A stretch of DNA of 64,000 nt from Lepidodermella squamata (taxonomy: Eukaryota > Animalia > Gastrotricha). The number at the start of each line of letters is the position of its first letter. The stretch's first letter is position 1. The position numbers and the translations under genes are program-made. Location: assembly GCA_047495785.1 (NCBI GenBank), contig JBLDXI010000017.1:2108001-2172000 (forward strand), given 5' to 3'. The notes under the pieces are model-generated. The model ran no database searches, was not told the origin of the DNA, and was given only the letters and a program-made list of their open reading frames with translations. Positions 39,684 through 53,373 of the stretch are shown in pieces.

Positions 39684-41912
39684 ATGGCCAAGCGCAAAGC
39701 GAAATCTTCTAGCGTGGTAGACTCAGATTCAGATGAATCAGATGTCGATTTCGATTCAGATGAAGATAGCGACGGTGGTTCCTCTTCTCCTCAGGTTTTT
39801 ATCGATTGGTGGATATGAGCGATTAAACTTGAAAAATTCACTATCTTGTAGCGTTCGCAGCCGAAAAGAAGTCGGCCATCGAAAGCAAAAAGCGACTCAG
39901 ATGAAGTTTCGGGCGGCTCTTCCAGTGAGGATGATTCTGACGAAGAAGTTGGTATCTCCGTTTTTTAATGTTTCTCCTGCTTTACTTGGTATCTACTGTT
40001 TTAGTGGACCGCGTCCAAGAAAAAAGGCGGCGAGAAAAAGAAAAGTAGCCCGAAAAAACCGGCTGCAAAGGCCTTTAAGGGTAATTATTACACTTGCTAA
40101 CGCCTCAGCAGCACCATATTACCTTATTTTTGTCTAGCCCCAGCAAGATTGTCTAGCAGCGAAAGCGAATCCAGCGAGAGCGACGCTTCACCAGACGGTG
40201 GAGACTCGGACGAAGAGCCGGATGAAGAATCACTCATTGCGGACGAAGAGGATCGTAAATGGCTGATGAACTTGACCGAAAAAGAGCGTGAGCAGGAACT
40301 TTATAACCGCATTGAAAAGAAGCGGGCAGAAAAGAAACGCAAAGAAATTGAGAAAAAGCTGAAAAAGATTCAGAAAAGCAAAGGTCAAGGTTCCGGTACT
40401 GAATTTGGCAGTCCATCAACGTTATCCGCCTTGGAGATCTCTCGTGCCAAAGAGCGCCGCGATGCTCTCGAGAAGAAAGGCGAAAAGAAGCAGGGTGCGT
40501 TGAAAGCCCTCATGGCAAAACGTGAAGAGAAGAAAATTAAGGAAGAAAAACGTCGCCAATCGGCTCCCGTCCGCGTCGAGGATGTCTTCGGCGATTCATC
40601 AAGTGACGATGACGATGTGAAGAAAGATCCAGCGGAGCGTGCTGTCAAAGCCGCTGGTGTTAAAATGCGACACGATGAGGTTCGCAGCAGCGATTCATCA
40701 AGTGAAGACGGCGAAATTCGTAGCTCGAAAAGAAGCGAACCGATCAAAGCGAAGGAAGACCTTCATCGTATTAAGCTATCCCGTGATCGTATCGCTCGGT
40801 GGTGTTACATGCCATTCTTTAAAGACATCGTTGTCGGTTGTTACGTTAGAATCGGCATCGGCAATAGTCCCGAAACTCAACAGCCAGTCTATCGTGTCAC
40901 TCAAATCGTTGACGTAGTTGAAACTGCAAAAACCTATAACGTCACTTGTGCCAATGCCAAGTTGAACACTCGAACTAATAAAGGTCTCTTATTAAGGTAA
41001 TATTTTAAATTTAGTATTAAGTTTTAAGTTCTCAAGTGATTTTTTAGACATGGGAAAGCCGAGCGTGTTTACAGGTTCGAATTCATCTCAAATCAGCCTT
41101 TCACCGACTCGGAATTTAACAAGTGGAAAGAAGCTATGCAGCAAGCGGGTGTATCCCTACCGACGGTGGATGAAATAGACCGAAAGGTCAAAGCTATCGA
41201 AGAAGCTGGTCGCTATTCTTTGAAGGAGGAAGATATCGAACTAATGGTGCAAGAAAAGCAAAGAGTTCGGAGAATGCCGTTCAACTACGCGACTCGGAAG
41301 CAGGAATTGTTGGCCGACAAAGAATCAGCTGAACATGCCGGTAATTATGCCAAGGTGCAAAAACTCGAGGAAGAAATCGAAGAGCTGGAAATGCGTGCTC
41401 GCGAGCTGCACAACAACCGATCGCAAATTCAGAATTCAATTGCACTGATCAACCAGCGAAACCGCGAGGAGAATCTGAACAAAATGGAAGACATTTTGAA
41501 CATGGAAGAGTCAGCGCGAGACAAGGCAGTTAGCGATCCGTTCACGCGACGTGCCACTCGACCTGGTATCCAAAAAGTAATTCCAAGATCTACCTTAAAA
41601 GTGACATTTTTCACAATTGTTCGTATTTTTCAGACGAAAGAAGGCGAAGGCGCTCCGAATTCTGCTCAAAAATCCGATTCTAAGCCGGGCATGCCGGCTC
41701 CTATAAGCGCTGCTGGCATCTACGAGGCTCTTGATTTGGACCTGAACGTATCCATACCAGCCCTAGCAACAACGACCCCTTCCGCAATTGCCGTGCCCGG
41801 TAAAGCGTCTGGTTCAGGCGCGGGTGACCCAGGCAGTGCTAGCAAACCCGGTACGTCGAATCGCCGGTCTCTCAATCTGGAGGCGTACAAAGCACAGAAA
41901 GGACTAATTTGA
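39684..41912 (+). CDS. RTF1: PAF1 complex subunit RTF1 (multi-exon)
   Basis: [23 protein letters not shown]; Plus3 domain ([28 protein letters not shown]); DPFTRR; [16 protein letters not shown]. Confidence 0.95.
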
Positions 41913-42721
41913 CCGTGCTCATTTATTCGACATCGCCAACTTTCACACCGCCCGCGACTGATCGCAATTTTACTCCGCGATTTACTGTCAAGGGCATTTT
42001 GTTATAAAAAAACTCGAATTTCAAGCCCTACTGTGTTGTTTACGTTGTTAGGCAAGGCTTTTGTAGATATATTTGCCGAGTTCGATTAAGTAAAAATGCC
42101 GGAAAGCAGCGACACAAGGTGTTGTATGGACCTATCAGGTTGATTATTATTGGCTTCGGAAGTACGAAACACGAAAAACTATATATTGCCGATGTATTTC
42201 ACTCAGATCGTTTCTTTTTAACGTTACGCAATGAAAAATGAAAATAAACCGGGTGAATGTTTCTGAGGAAATTTTCATTTGTTCGTTAATTATCGAAACT
42301 GACTTATTTAATCGAGTAAGGCTGTTGTTCTTTCTTTAAAAGGTGAAAACTTGCTGGAGAAGCCCGTTCACAACAACATCCAATGATCGGTGATTTGAAG
42401 GCTTGACAGAAATAGCGAACCTCGCTGGGTTTTTTTTACGACAAATAAATGAACTGGCGGCAAAGCTGAGGTTGGAAGGTATTCATTATAAGATACTACG
42501 ATACTTTTCAAGTAGTGTTTTATTATTGGCCAAATTCCGAATTCAGCCGGTCATTTAAAAAGCTATTTCGGAAGTCTATTATGGTCGCTATAAAAATTGA
42601 AATTTCAGGCCGATTTCCGAATAGGAGCTGCTAAATTCCGTTTCAATATAAGTACCAATTATTGTAATTTATTTGAAAAAAAAATGAGAGCGAAAGTAAA
42701 GACACTGTTGCAACAACTTGT

Positions 42722-42737
42722 GGCCCTGAAAAGGGCC
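42722..42737 (-). promoter_or_regulatory. Histone 3' stem-loop (H3 copy 1)
   Basis: GGCCCTTTTCAGGGCC on the - strand. Confidence 0.95.
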
Positions 42738-42769
42738 GGTCGGTTTTTATGTGCCTGAAGACGTGTTGT

Positions 42770-43225
<456 letters not shown>

Positions 43226-43414
43226 TTAGCGAATTGAACCGACAGTGTAATCGAGATTACGCCGCGGAATTTAAAGCCCTACTATAGGTGTCATGTTGTG
43301 AGCGCGTGCTCATTCATAACAGACCAATCCGGCTCGTGTCGCAATCAGGGCGTGACAATATGGCGCTTGAATGGCGGGAAAGGACGCCATAAATACCCCG
43401 GCGATGTGTAGTGA

Positions 43415-43783
<369 letters not shown>

Positions 43784-43843
43784 GCACCCGTGGTGGATTT
43801 GATGCCATAGCTCGTTAACGCCTATTTGATCAGCCTACTAACC

Positions 43844-43859
43844 GGCTCTTTTCAGAGCC
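43844..43859 (+). promoter_or_regulatory. Histone 3' stem-loop (H4 copy 1)
   Basis: GGCTCTTTTCAGAGCC. Confidence 0.95.
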
Positions 43860-44573
43860 ACAAGTTGTTGCAACAGTGTTCACAAGAATGCAAAGTTGGT
43901 TGAACAGATTCATATTCATATTTTCCACTGAGAGGAAATGCTGAAAAAAATAAAAGTGGCGCGTGCTGTTGATTGTTGATTTCCGTTAACCTCGCAAATT
44001 TTAGATAACGCCTCGGGGATCCGCCCATCCGGGATCCGCCCATAAAAATCTAACTGCCGAGTCGCGCGTGCGGCTGATCTAAAATTTCAATGAGAAAAAT
44101 CACCGCAATCACTTATGTGCGACATCGCCATACCAAAACTATAAAAGACTCTTGCAAAAAATAATAAACTATCATCTGTATAGTAAAACTAGTTAAATTT
44201 AAATCTGCCATGTCTATAGGCAAACTGTTACCTATTATCTGACGCACCACCGTTTTATCAATAAACTAATAAAGTGGATAAAAAAGTATATTCAATCAGA
44301 AGCGAAATTAGCCTGCATTCAAACAAAATTTGCCGCGTTATCGCATGAATAAGAAATAAGGCTCCATTGTCTTGGATTATAAATCTGCTTGTATCCACCT
44401 TATTTGAGTCATTTTTGCTCTTTATTATTTCCCGCTGATAGTTGATAGGCTTAACTATTACCATGTTCGTGTGTATATATCACAGATTTTACGATTTAAC
44501 CTGACGAACGTGGCAGTTGACGCTTTTTCAGTTTATATGTAAAACATAACTAAGTCGACAAAAAAGGCATTTC

Positions 44574-47500
44574 ATGACAAGTCTTGCCAATGTTATAGCA
44601 TTATTCATTTCACTAGCCAAATTCGCCTCAGTCTCGGCTCAGCTGGGCTGCTTGGTCCCAACACTGCTCAATGGGCGGCTTCGGTTACTGAATGGAACTT
44701 CGCTGACAGAGGGGAGGCGAATTTCTGGCGGTGTCTCGGTGGAGATAGTCTGTCGAACCGGTTTCCTGTTGGATGAACCATCCGTTCTTCCCAGGGTGTG
44801 CATTCTCGACAGCGACGACGACTGGGCCGAGGGGCACTTTGAGCCAAGTCTCAGTCCTTGTCAACCTCAGCAAAGTAATGGAAATACTTGTAATTTTGAC
44901 TTTTCTATCCCAGCAATTTCAGTCGTTTTTCAGCATCAGTGTGGTCAAGTTTCAAGGCCTGCCCCATCCACGCCAAAAATCAGCGGTGGATCTCATGCCT
45001 ACGACGGCGAGTACCCTTGGATGGCTAAATTGGAGATTCAATACGAGGAAGAGAAAACGCGTGAAAACTGTGGTGGCAGTATAATCGATGCCAATTGGGT
45101 ACTTACAGCAGCACATTGTCTTGCGCCTGATATTAGCCGCAAAATCATCGCGTGAATAATTACATAATTCGAATCGACGAAATTTAATTTTGAAAATTGC
45201 AGGATAAATGTGTTTACTGGCCGAACTAATTTCTCAGCGCCTGAGGAGTCAAACCACGAGCAGAGAAGTACCACAAATACATACTATGTTCATCCTCAGT
45301 ACGATAACAAAGCTTTAACGTATCAATACGACTTCGCCTTGGTCAAGCTAACTCGTCCGCTCATTTTTTCCGACTACGTCCGACCCATCTGTCTGCCAGC
45401 AACTTGGGAAAAAACTTGCGCAACTTACAGAGACCGCCAGGCTCTTAAAAATGATCCGAAACTTGAAGGCTGTCAGGAATTCACGGTTGCAGGCTGGGGC
45501 AAGACTGAAAATCAGCAGCTGTCTAATGCGCTGAAATCCGTTGATTTAACTGGATATTCGCGCGATATGTGCGAACAATTAGGCAATTACCGAAACGTAA
45601 GTGCAGCGCAGTTTTGTGCTGGTTCGACCACGCCGAGGGTAGACGCGTGCCAAGGCGACAGTGGTGGACCTTTGATGTGTTACTCAGGTGGCAGATATTT
45701 TGCGGTTGGAGTAGTTTCTTATGGTGCCAGAGCTTGCGGAATCCCAAACCCACCACCGGGAGTTTACGCTCGTGTCTGCGTGGCGTTATCGTGGATAAAT
45801 CAAACAATATCCCAGGGAGGCGCAAGAAACGCTACAGCCGTTACAAGCCGAGCTACCACACGTAGGCAAAGCGGAATTTTCACGACGCGGCGACCTGTTT
45901 CAACTACAACTGACCCGGAAGAAGGAACGATGAATTGTGGCCCCTTGAATGAGGTGGGAAACGGCCATTTCGAACCGGGTAGCTTCCTTATAGGAACCCG
46001 GCGCGCTTTAATATGTGATCCTGGTTTCAAGCCATATCGAGGAAATTTTACTGAATGCTACGATGCTATGGTGATTCCTCGACTACAGAAACCTCTCTGG
46101 ACGAATGCCGATCTTCGTTGTTCGCAATTCGATCTGTACCATCAACTGATAGATGCTTGTAAAACTGCTAACGTTAGCATGGCAAGAAATATAATTTATC
46201 GAATCAAAGGATCAAATGAAATTTTCGACCCATTCTGGCAAGATGATAGACAGCACAGTAGCAACGGCATTTGCCCTGGCGTTAACGTAACAATTACAGG
46301 CGGATCATGTATGGACATTCTAGCCCTTTACAGCTGTGATAACTCATCAAGCCGAGTCGATATCGCGAAATTGCTTCTACAAAATGGCGGTACTAAAATT
46401 TACCCTAAGTCAGGCGATCCAATCACAAGACCAGCGACCCCTCCGGAACTGGCGGTTGTCAACCGGCATTTAGGCTTGATCAATTTGCTATTCTGCGGGA
46501 CTGAGGCCGACAATTCTTGTATCATTTGGCTCTCAATTAAAACAAAATGCCACGAGTGTTTGAGAGCCCTACAATGCGCTGATCAATCATCTCGTACATC
46601 GTTGGCTAACTCCAACATTTGCATGGGTCATCAGACGTTTTATCCCGCTGCTGTTGACGTCAATGATACGTATGTAATTGGGAATATGCTTGACCTTGGA
46701 GTTGACTTCTTGAACGTAGCATCTCCATCGAACACATCAACCCTACTCAATTACTTGGCAAGAACTAGCCGGAATATAACCGTTGCCAGGTTCATTTTGT
46801 CGCGAAATAATACTCGAATTTTACTGTCGGCGAAGGACAATCAAGGCTATACGCCCCTTCATTACGCGGCTGAAAGTGATGCAGTCGATTTGATGCAGCT
46901 GCTAATTGACGCCGGGTCTCCGGTGAACAGTCGTGATTACAGTGGAGCAACGCCTTTGTGGTACGCGGCTGCTAATGGAGCTGAATCCGCTGTTAAATCT
47001 CTACTTATCGCTCGAGCGTTGTATGACATGCCCACTTTCGGCATGGTAACGCCGTTGATGGCAGCAGTTGGTTACAAAGATGTTGTCAGGCGATTGATAG
47101 ATATCGGCGCTAACACGAACGCAAGAGGTTTAAATGGTTCCACGGCTTTGATACAGGCGGCTAAACTGAATGGAAATCAGGGCTCGGTGCGAGCTCTGAT
47201 TCAAGCTGGAGCTGATGTTAACGCGAAAGATTCTAACGGTATGACTGCTTTGATGTTCACATCTCGACTCGCCGATGCAGGATCCGTAGCTCAATTAGTT
47301 GCGACTCCAGGTATCCAGGTCGATCTGGAAAACAAAAACAACGCTACGGCACTTCATGACGCAGCTGCCCTCGGGAATAAAGAAGCTGTGACGATGATAT
47401 TAGATGCCGGGGCAAAGGCAACATCTGCAGCTTTAATCGCTGCAATTTTGAACAAGCGCAGCGATATTGCCGAATATCTGTTGTTGCGGGGTGCGGATCC

Positions 47501-49967
47501 CAATGCAGCAGATACGCGGGTTTATCGAGGTGTTCGACCCATCGAGGCAGCGGCAAGTGCGTATGGAGATGAGGTGCAGATTGCGAGACGTCTGATAGAC
47601 CTCGGTGCAGACTTCGACTTGCCTGGGGCAGATGGTGCCACGCCGTTAATGTTGGCGGCAGCATTTGGGCGAGCGAATTTGGCTAGGTTATTGTTAGATC
47701 GTGGAGCCAACGTTAGACAGCGCGATGCAGCTGGGCGAGGCATTCTTGCAGCAGTCATAGCTCGCGACAGATCCAATCCTGACATACTAAAAGTAAGGGG
47801 AAAGATGAACTAAGTTAGATAATCTCAGAGAGTTATGGTAAAAATTGGTGAACGCTTGGTTATAAAGACTAAAGAATATGAACCCTTTAATTGAGACTTT
47901 CATTAAGATTGATGTAATTTGCCGAACTAGTATCCTTAAAGAACGCCTAACATGCCAATCTTTTGTTAAGGCTCTCATCGAGCATGGCGCTTCTGTAAAT
48001 GATCGAATTCCGGCGACAGGTGCAACGCCTCTTCATTTGGCTGCAAAACTGAGACAAGTTGGTACAGTTGACATCTTGTTAAATGCCAGTGCCAACGTGG
48101 ATGCCGAAGACCGCGAGGGACAAACACCGTTAATATGGCTGTTCAAAGATCCAGATGACAATAAAAGTGATCGTGAATTCCCGACTGTAGCTCAGCTGCT
48201 GATAAAGAGCCGCGCTACTGTAAACGCTCGGGACGTGACTGACCGAACCCCTCTGCACTTTGCGGCAAAGACCTACAGCCTCGACGCTGTTCGGCTTTTG
48301 CTGGAAGCAGGCGCTGATGTGGCGGCTGCTGATAAACAGGGCGACACTCCACTGATGCTAGCGGCAACATCCACGTCCCCTTCGATCTTGCAAGCGCTTC
48401 TGAGCAACGGTGCTGATGTAAATGCTCGCAACAACAACGGCGAAACAGCCCTTATGCATTGCGTGAATGACGGGAGGAACGCTTTAATTGCGGATAGGTT
48501 GGAGGTCTTATTAAGCGCAGGTGCCGATGTTAATGCCAGCAGAAGTAGTGACAACGCAACTGTTCTAATGATAGCAGGAGGCACCCTATGGGCAAGAACT
48601 GATCAAGAGCTTGCGATGAAAAATCAAATTTTTTCAACCTTAACCGATGCTGGCGCTGATGTGAATGCGACAGATGCAGTCGGGGCCACGACTTTGATGT
48701 GGGCAGCACGTGGTGCGATGTTCGATAAGTCACTCACAAGCCCGGTCGATCAATTAATCAAGCTATCGGTGCCGATTAATGCTAGAGATTCGAAGGGCCA
48801 GACTGCCTTGTTGTACGCGATCCTAGCCGAGCCGGATGAGCCGTACTCTGTTCGGAAAATTGCCAGTGTTCCGCAGGTTGATGTGAATGCGGCTGGTAAC
48901 GATGGGGTGACGCCTTTAATGGCCGCAGCTTATCATTTGGGTGATTCTTCTATAATCCCGTTCCTTGTCGATAGAGGAGCTTCGTTGAATTTACGCGACA
49001 AAGAGAACGCCACAGCGTTAATATTGGCGGTATATGCGTTGAACTCCGAGAATGTCAAGGCAATACTCGCCCTTGATGGCATAACGTCTGCATTTTTGGA
49101 ACTAAGAGATGCCGATATGCAAACCGCTTTCTACTCCGCGGTCAGTGCGGTCAGTGCGGACAGTGCAGAAATAGCGAAAATGTTGCTTGAAAAAGGTGCT
49201 GATGTTGACGCGAGAGCCAAGGGTGGTCGAACCCCTTTGATGGAAGCTGTCAAAGACGAGAATTTAAGTGACAATATCGCCATTGCTCGGGTAAGAATCT
49301 AAAAATTATGAAATTAGATCTCAAATATAGAACTAATCATTTCCAGTTGATACTCGATCATCGCCGTTCGAGTGCAAACTTGCAAGATAATAACGGGACG
49401 ACCGCGCTAATTATGGCAGCGAAGGGTGGAAAAGTAGAGATGATCCGACTGCTGTTCGAGGTGGGCCTTGCTTCAGCTAATTTGCGAGATAACACCGGCA
49501 TGTCGGCTGTGATGTATGCGGCTTCGCGTCGCCACACCGAAGCGGTCAAGGAGATCATGAAATACGACACGATAACGACGTTCCACGATTCGCGAGACAT
49601 GAATGTATTGATGATGGCAGTGGAGAACGACGACGGGCCAACTTGTACTGCCTTGCTGACCGACATAATTACCAGTACTAAACTGCAGAATGACCGCGGT
49701 CCTTTCGGGCGAACAGCGCTGATAATCGCTATTCGCAGTTTCAATCGCACGGATGGTTACGACGCTGCATCAGCACTGCTTGACAATATTCAAACGTTGA
49801 GGCAAATCGATCAGAATACAATACTCAATGTCCAAGAGATGACGGCTGGAATACCTAAGGCGATTACAATCGCTGCCTCTAGAGGGCTTCGTAGCCTGGC
49901 TTTACGGCTATTCCGCATGGGTTCAACCGATAGCACTTGTAAATATCCAGCCTGTTACGGCAACTGA
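44574..49967 (+). CDS. Signal peptide-CCP(sushi)-trypsin-like serine protease-Thr/Arg linker-CCP-Cys-rich-long ankyrin-repeat protein (~1,700 aa; introns ~45152-45202, 47793-47970, 49291-49346, possibly ~44875-44922)
   Basis: Activation site K|ISGG; triad LTAAHC, YDFALVKL, DACQGDSGGP. Sushi C..P...NG....C..GF...C...W.....C occurs twice. About 20 or more G.TPL/TAL..AA..LL..GADVNA repeats. Protease, second sushi and first ankyrins share one uninterrupted ORF (45210-47813). Confidence 0.9.
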
Positions 49968-50146
49968 TTTCGCTATTTCATTTTGATAAAAAAATTTAAA
50001 TTGTGTATTATTTGTAAATTCGACAGTTGATCCCGCCTAATACAACAGCGGAAAATTTCGTACAGCGGAGAATTGTCCAAGTGGCAATTAAAAATGAGAC
50101 ATAAATGAGAATAAACAATTGATGAAACACTGTTGCAACAACTTGT

Positions 50147-50162
50147 GGCCCTGAAAAGGGCC
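50147..50162 (-). promoter_or_regulatory. Histone 3' stem-loop (H3 copy 2)
   Basis: GGCCCTTTTCAGGGCC on the - strand. Confidence 0.95.
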
Positions 50163-50194
50163 GGTCGGTTTTTATGTGCCTGAAGACGTGTTGT

Positions 50195-50704
<510 letters not shown>

Positions 50705-50837
50705 CTACTATAGGTGTCATGTTGTGAGCGCGTGCTCATTCATAACAGATCTATCCGGCTCGTGTCGCAATCAGGGCGTGACAATATGGCGCTTGAATGG
50801 CGGGAAAGTGCGCCATAAATACCCCGGCGTTGTCTAG

Positions 50838-51212
<375 letters not shown>

Positions 51213-51272
51213 GCACACGTGGTGGATTTGATGCCATAGCTCGTCATCGCCTGTTTGATCAGCCTACTAACC

Positions 51273-51288
51273 GGCTCTTTTCAGAGCC
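51273..51288 (+). promoter_or_regulatory. Histone 3' stem-loop (H4 copy 2)
   Basis: GGCTCTTTTCAGAGCC. Confidence 0.95.
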
Positions 51289-51601
51289 ACAAGTTGTTGC
51301 AACAGTGTTCAAAAGCGGTTGAATGTTTCAAGTTTTAATAAAAGCGTTGAATTTTTACTTTTCGAAACATTTCGAAACGATATTGCGATGTGTTACCTCA
51401 TGCATGCTGTAGGATGTAAATACATGCTTAGCTCGCTTATTTCCAGGTAGGTTTTATCATCTCATCAATGGTCAGTATTATTTGGACCCTTATTAGTATT
51501 TTTTGCACTAAAATGATAACATGTGGCGCTGATAGCACGTGTTTTCTACTCGTCGTATCACGCGATAAAAAGTCTTCATTAAAATTTGCTTTTGAACTCA
51601 A

Positions 51602-52865
51602 ATGATATGTAAATTAGCAATAGGCCTCATTGGGCCTGGTTTGGTCGGCAGCGAGCTTGCAAATCAATTGGCATTAGCTTCAGCGAAAGGCTTAAATTCC
51701 GCAGGTGAACTCGTTATAAAATTATCTACTTCTGGATTTATAATTGGGGTTTTTCAGGCCAACTGCAGTTGCAAATCGCGGCAATATGCAACTCGAAACG
51801 CATGTTTCTGATCGACGATGACGAAGCGCATCGAAAATTCGGCGAAAAAGTCGGAATTACTGCGGCTCACGGCAAATCTGAGCTATTTCGTAATTTTCTA
51901 TTAGAGCATGGTTCTGAACTTGACCTCAATTCATTCACCCGCCATCTTACCTCTTGCGGAGCTGTCGCATCTTGCATCGTCGATTGCAGCTCAGATGACG
52001 CATTGGCGTCTCTGTACCCGGCCTGGCTTCGGGCTGGTATTAACATTGCCACGCCGAATAAGCGAGCCTTCTCTAACTCAATGAGCCTGTATCGCGAAAT
52101 CGCAACAGCTCAGCTCGAACGAAAAGTTTACTGCTATCACGAGGCGACTGTCGGCGCGGCTTTACCAGTTGTAGACACCCTGCGAAATCTCCTAATCGCA
52201 ACTGGGGATGAAATAATCAAAATCGAGGGTGTTTTATCGGGAACTATGTCATTCCTATTTAACACATTCTCGCTGAAACCTGGCGACGTTTCGCCACTTG
52301 GAGAAGCGAAGAAATTTTCGGAAATTGTCAAAATTGCGAAATGTAATGGCTACACTGAGCCGGATCCTCGCGAAGACCTTAACGGTATTGACATTGCCCG
52401 AAAAGCTGTTATATTAGGCCGAATCAGCGGACTCGATTTAGATTTGGCTTCATTGCCGGTTGAAAATGTTGTCCCTGAACCTCTACGGCTTATTCAAAAT
52501 GTCGACGAATTCATGGCCAAACTTGCAGATTTCGACGAGCACTTCGATAAATTGAACGCTGAAGCTAGAGCTAAAAACAAAGTTCTTCGCTATGTTTGCC
52601 AAGTCGATCCTAATGGCTCATCATCGGTGTCACTCAAAGAGTAAGTTCAATATGAATTATTCTAAAAATATTCGAAATTTGTTTGTGGAGGTTTGATGTC
52701 GGTCACCCATTCGCTTCGTTGAAAGGGGCTGATAACATGGTTGTTTTCACCACCCGACGCTACGAAAGCAGTCCTCTGGTCATTCAAGGTGCTGGTGCTG
52801 GGGCTTCGCTAACTGCCTCAGCTGTATTAGCCGATATTTTGAAAATTGCTCGCCATTTCGCTTGA
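51602..52865 (+). CDS. Monofunctional homoserine dehydrogenase, fungal Hom6-like (exons 51602-51704, 51758-52640, 52691-52865)
   Basis: GPGLVG Rossmann motif, IATPNK, HEATVGAALP, EGVLSGT, GYTEPDPREDLNGIDIARK, HPFASLKGADN, QGAGAGA..TASAVLAD. AATAAA directly after the stop codon. Confidence 0.92.
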
Positions 52866-53373
52866 ATAAAAAATGTAAAATGCGGAAGTTACTATATAAC
52901 CGGATTCAAGCTAAACTTGACCCATTTTCCACTACGCGTCACGCAAATTATTCACAACCGGTTACTTAGTCACGCTTTGGGATTGCAGTGCGGCGGCTAT
53001 GTGTGAGTAATCTTTTTTCGGCTCTGCCTACTCTGTTAAACAAAAACCGCTGCAGATAACAGCAGCCTCATCAAGGTGATACACATATACGTGGCAGACA
53101 TCATTTTTACCAATAAAAACTAGGCATCTTGCTGTATATCGCAGCGGCGAGAAGAACATTACTGCTTATCTTTGTTTCCGTGCCATTGTGTCGGCCCCCG
53201 CGCAAAACCCGTTTAGGACCGATAAAAAAGCCAGGAATACGATATGAGACCTAAAATGTATGCCTGAAAAATAATATAATAACAATAGGTCGAATGACCT
53301 TCTTCCTATAATGGAAAATCTTCATTTCTAAGGAAATTAATTAATCCTCCTTAAATAGTCGATTAATTTAAAA

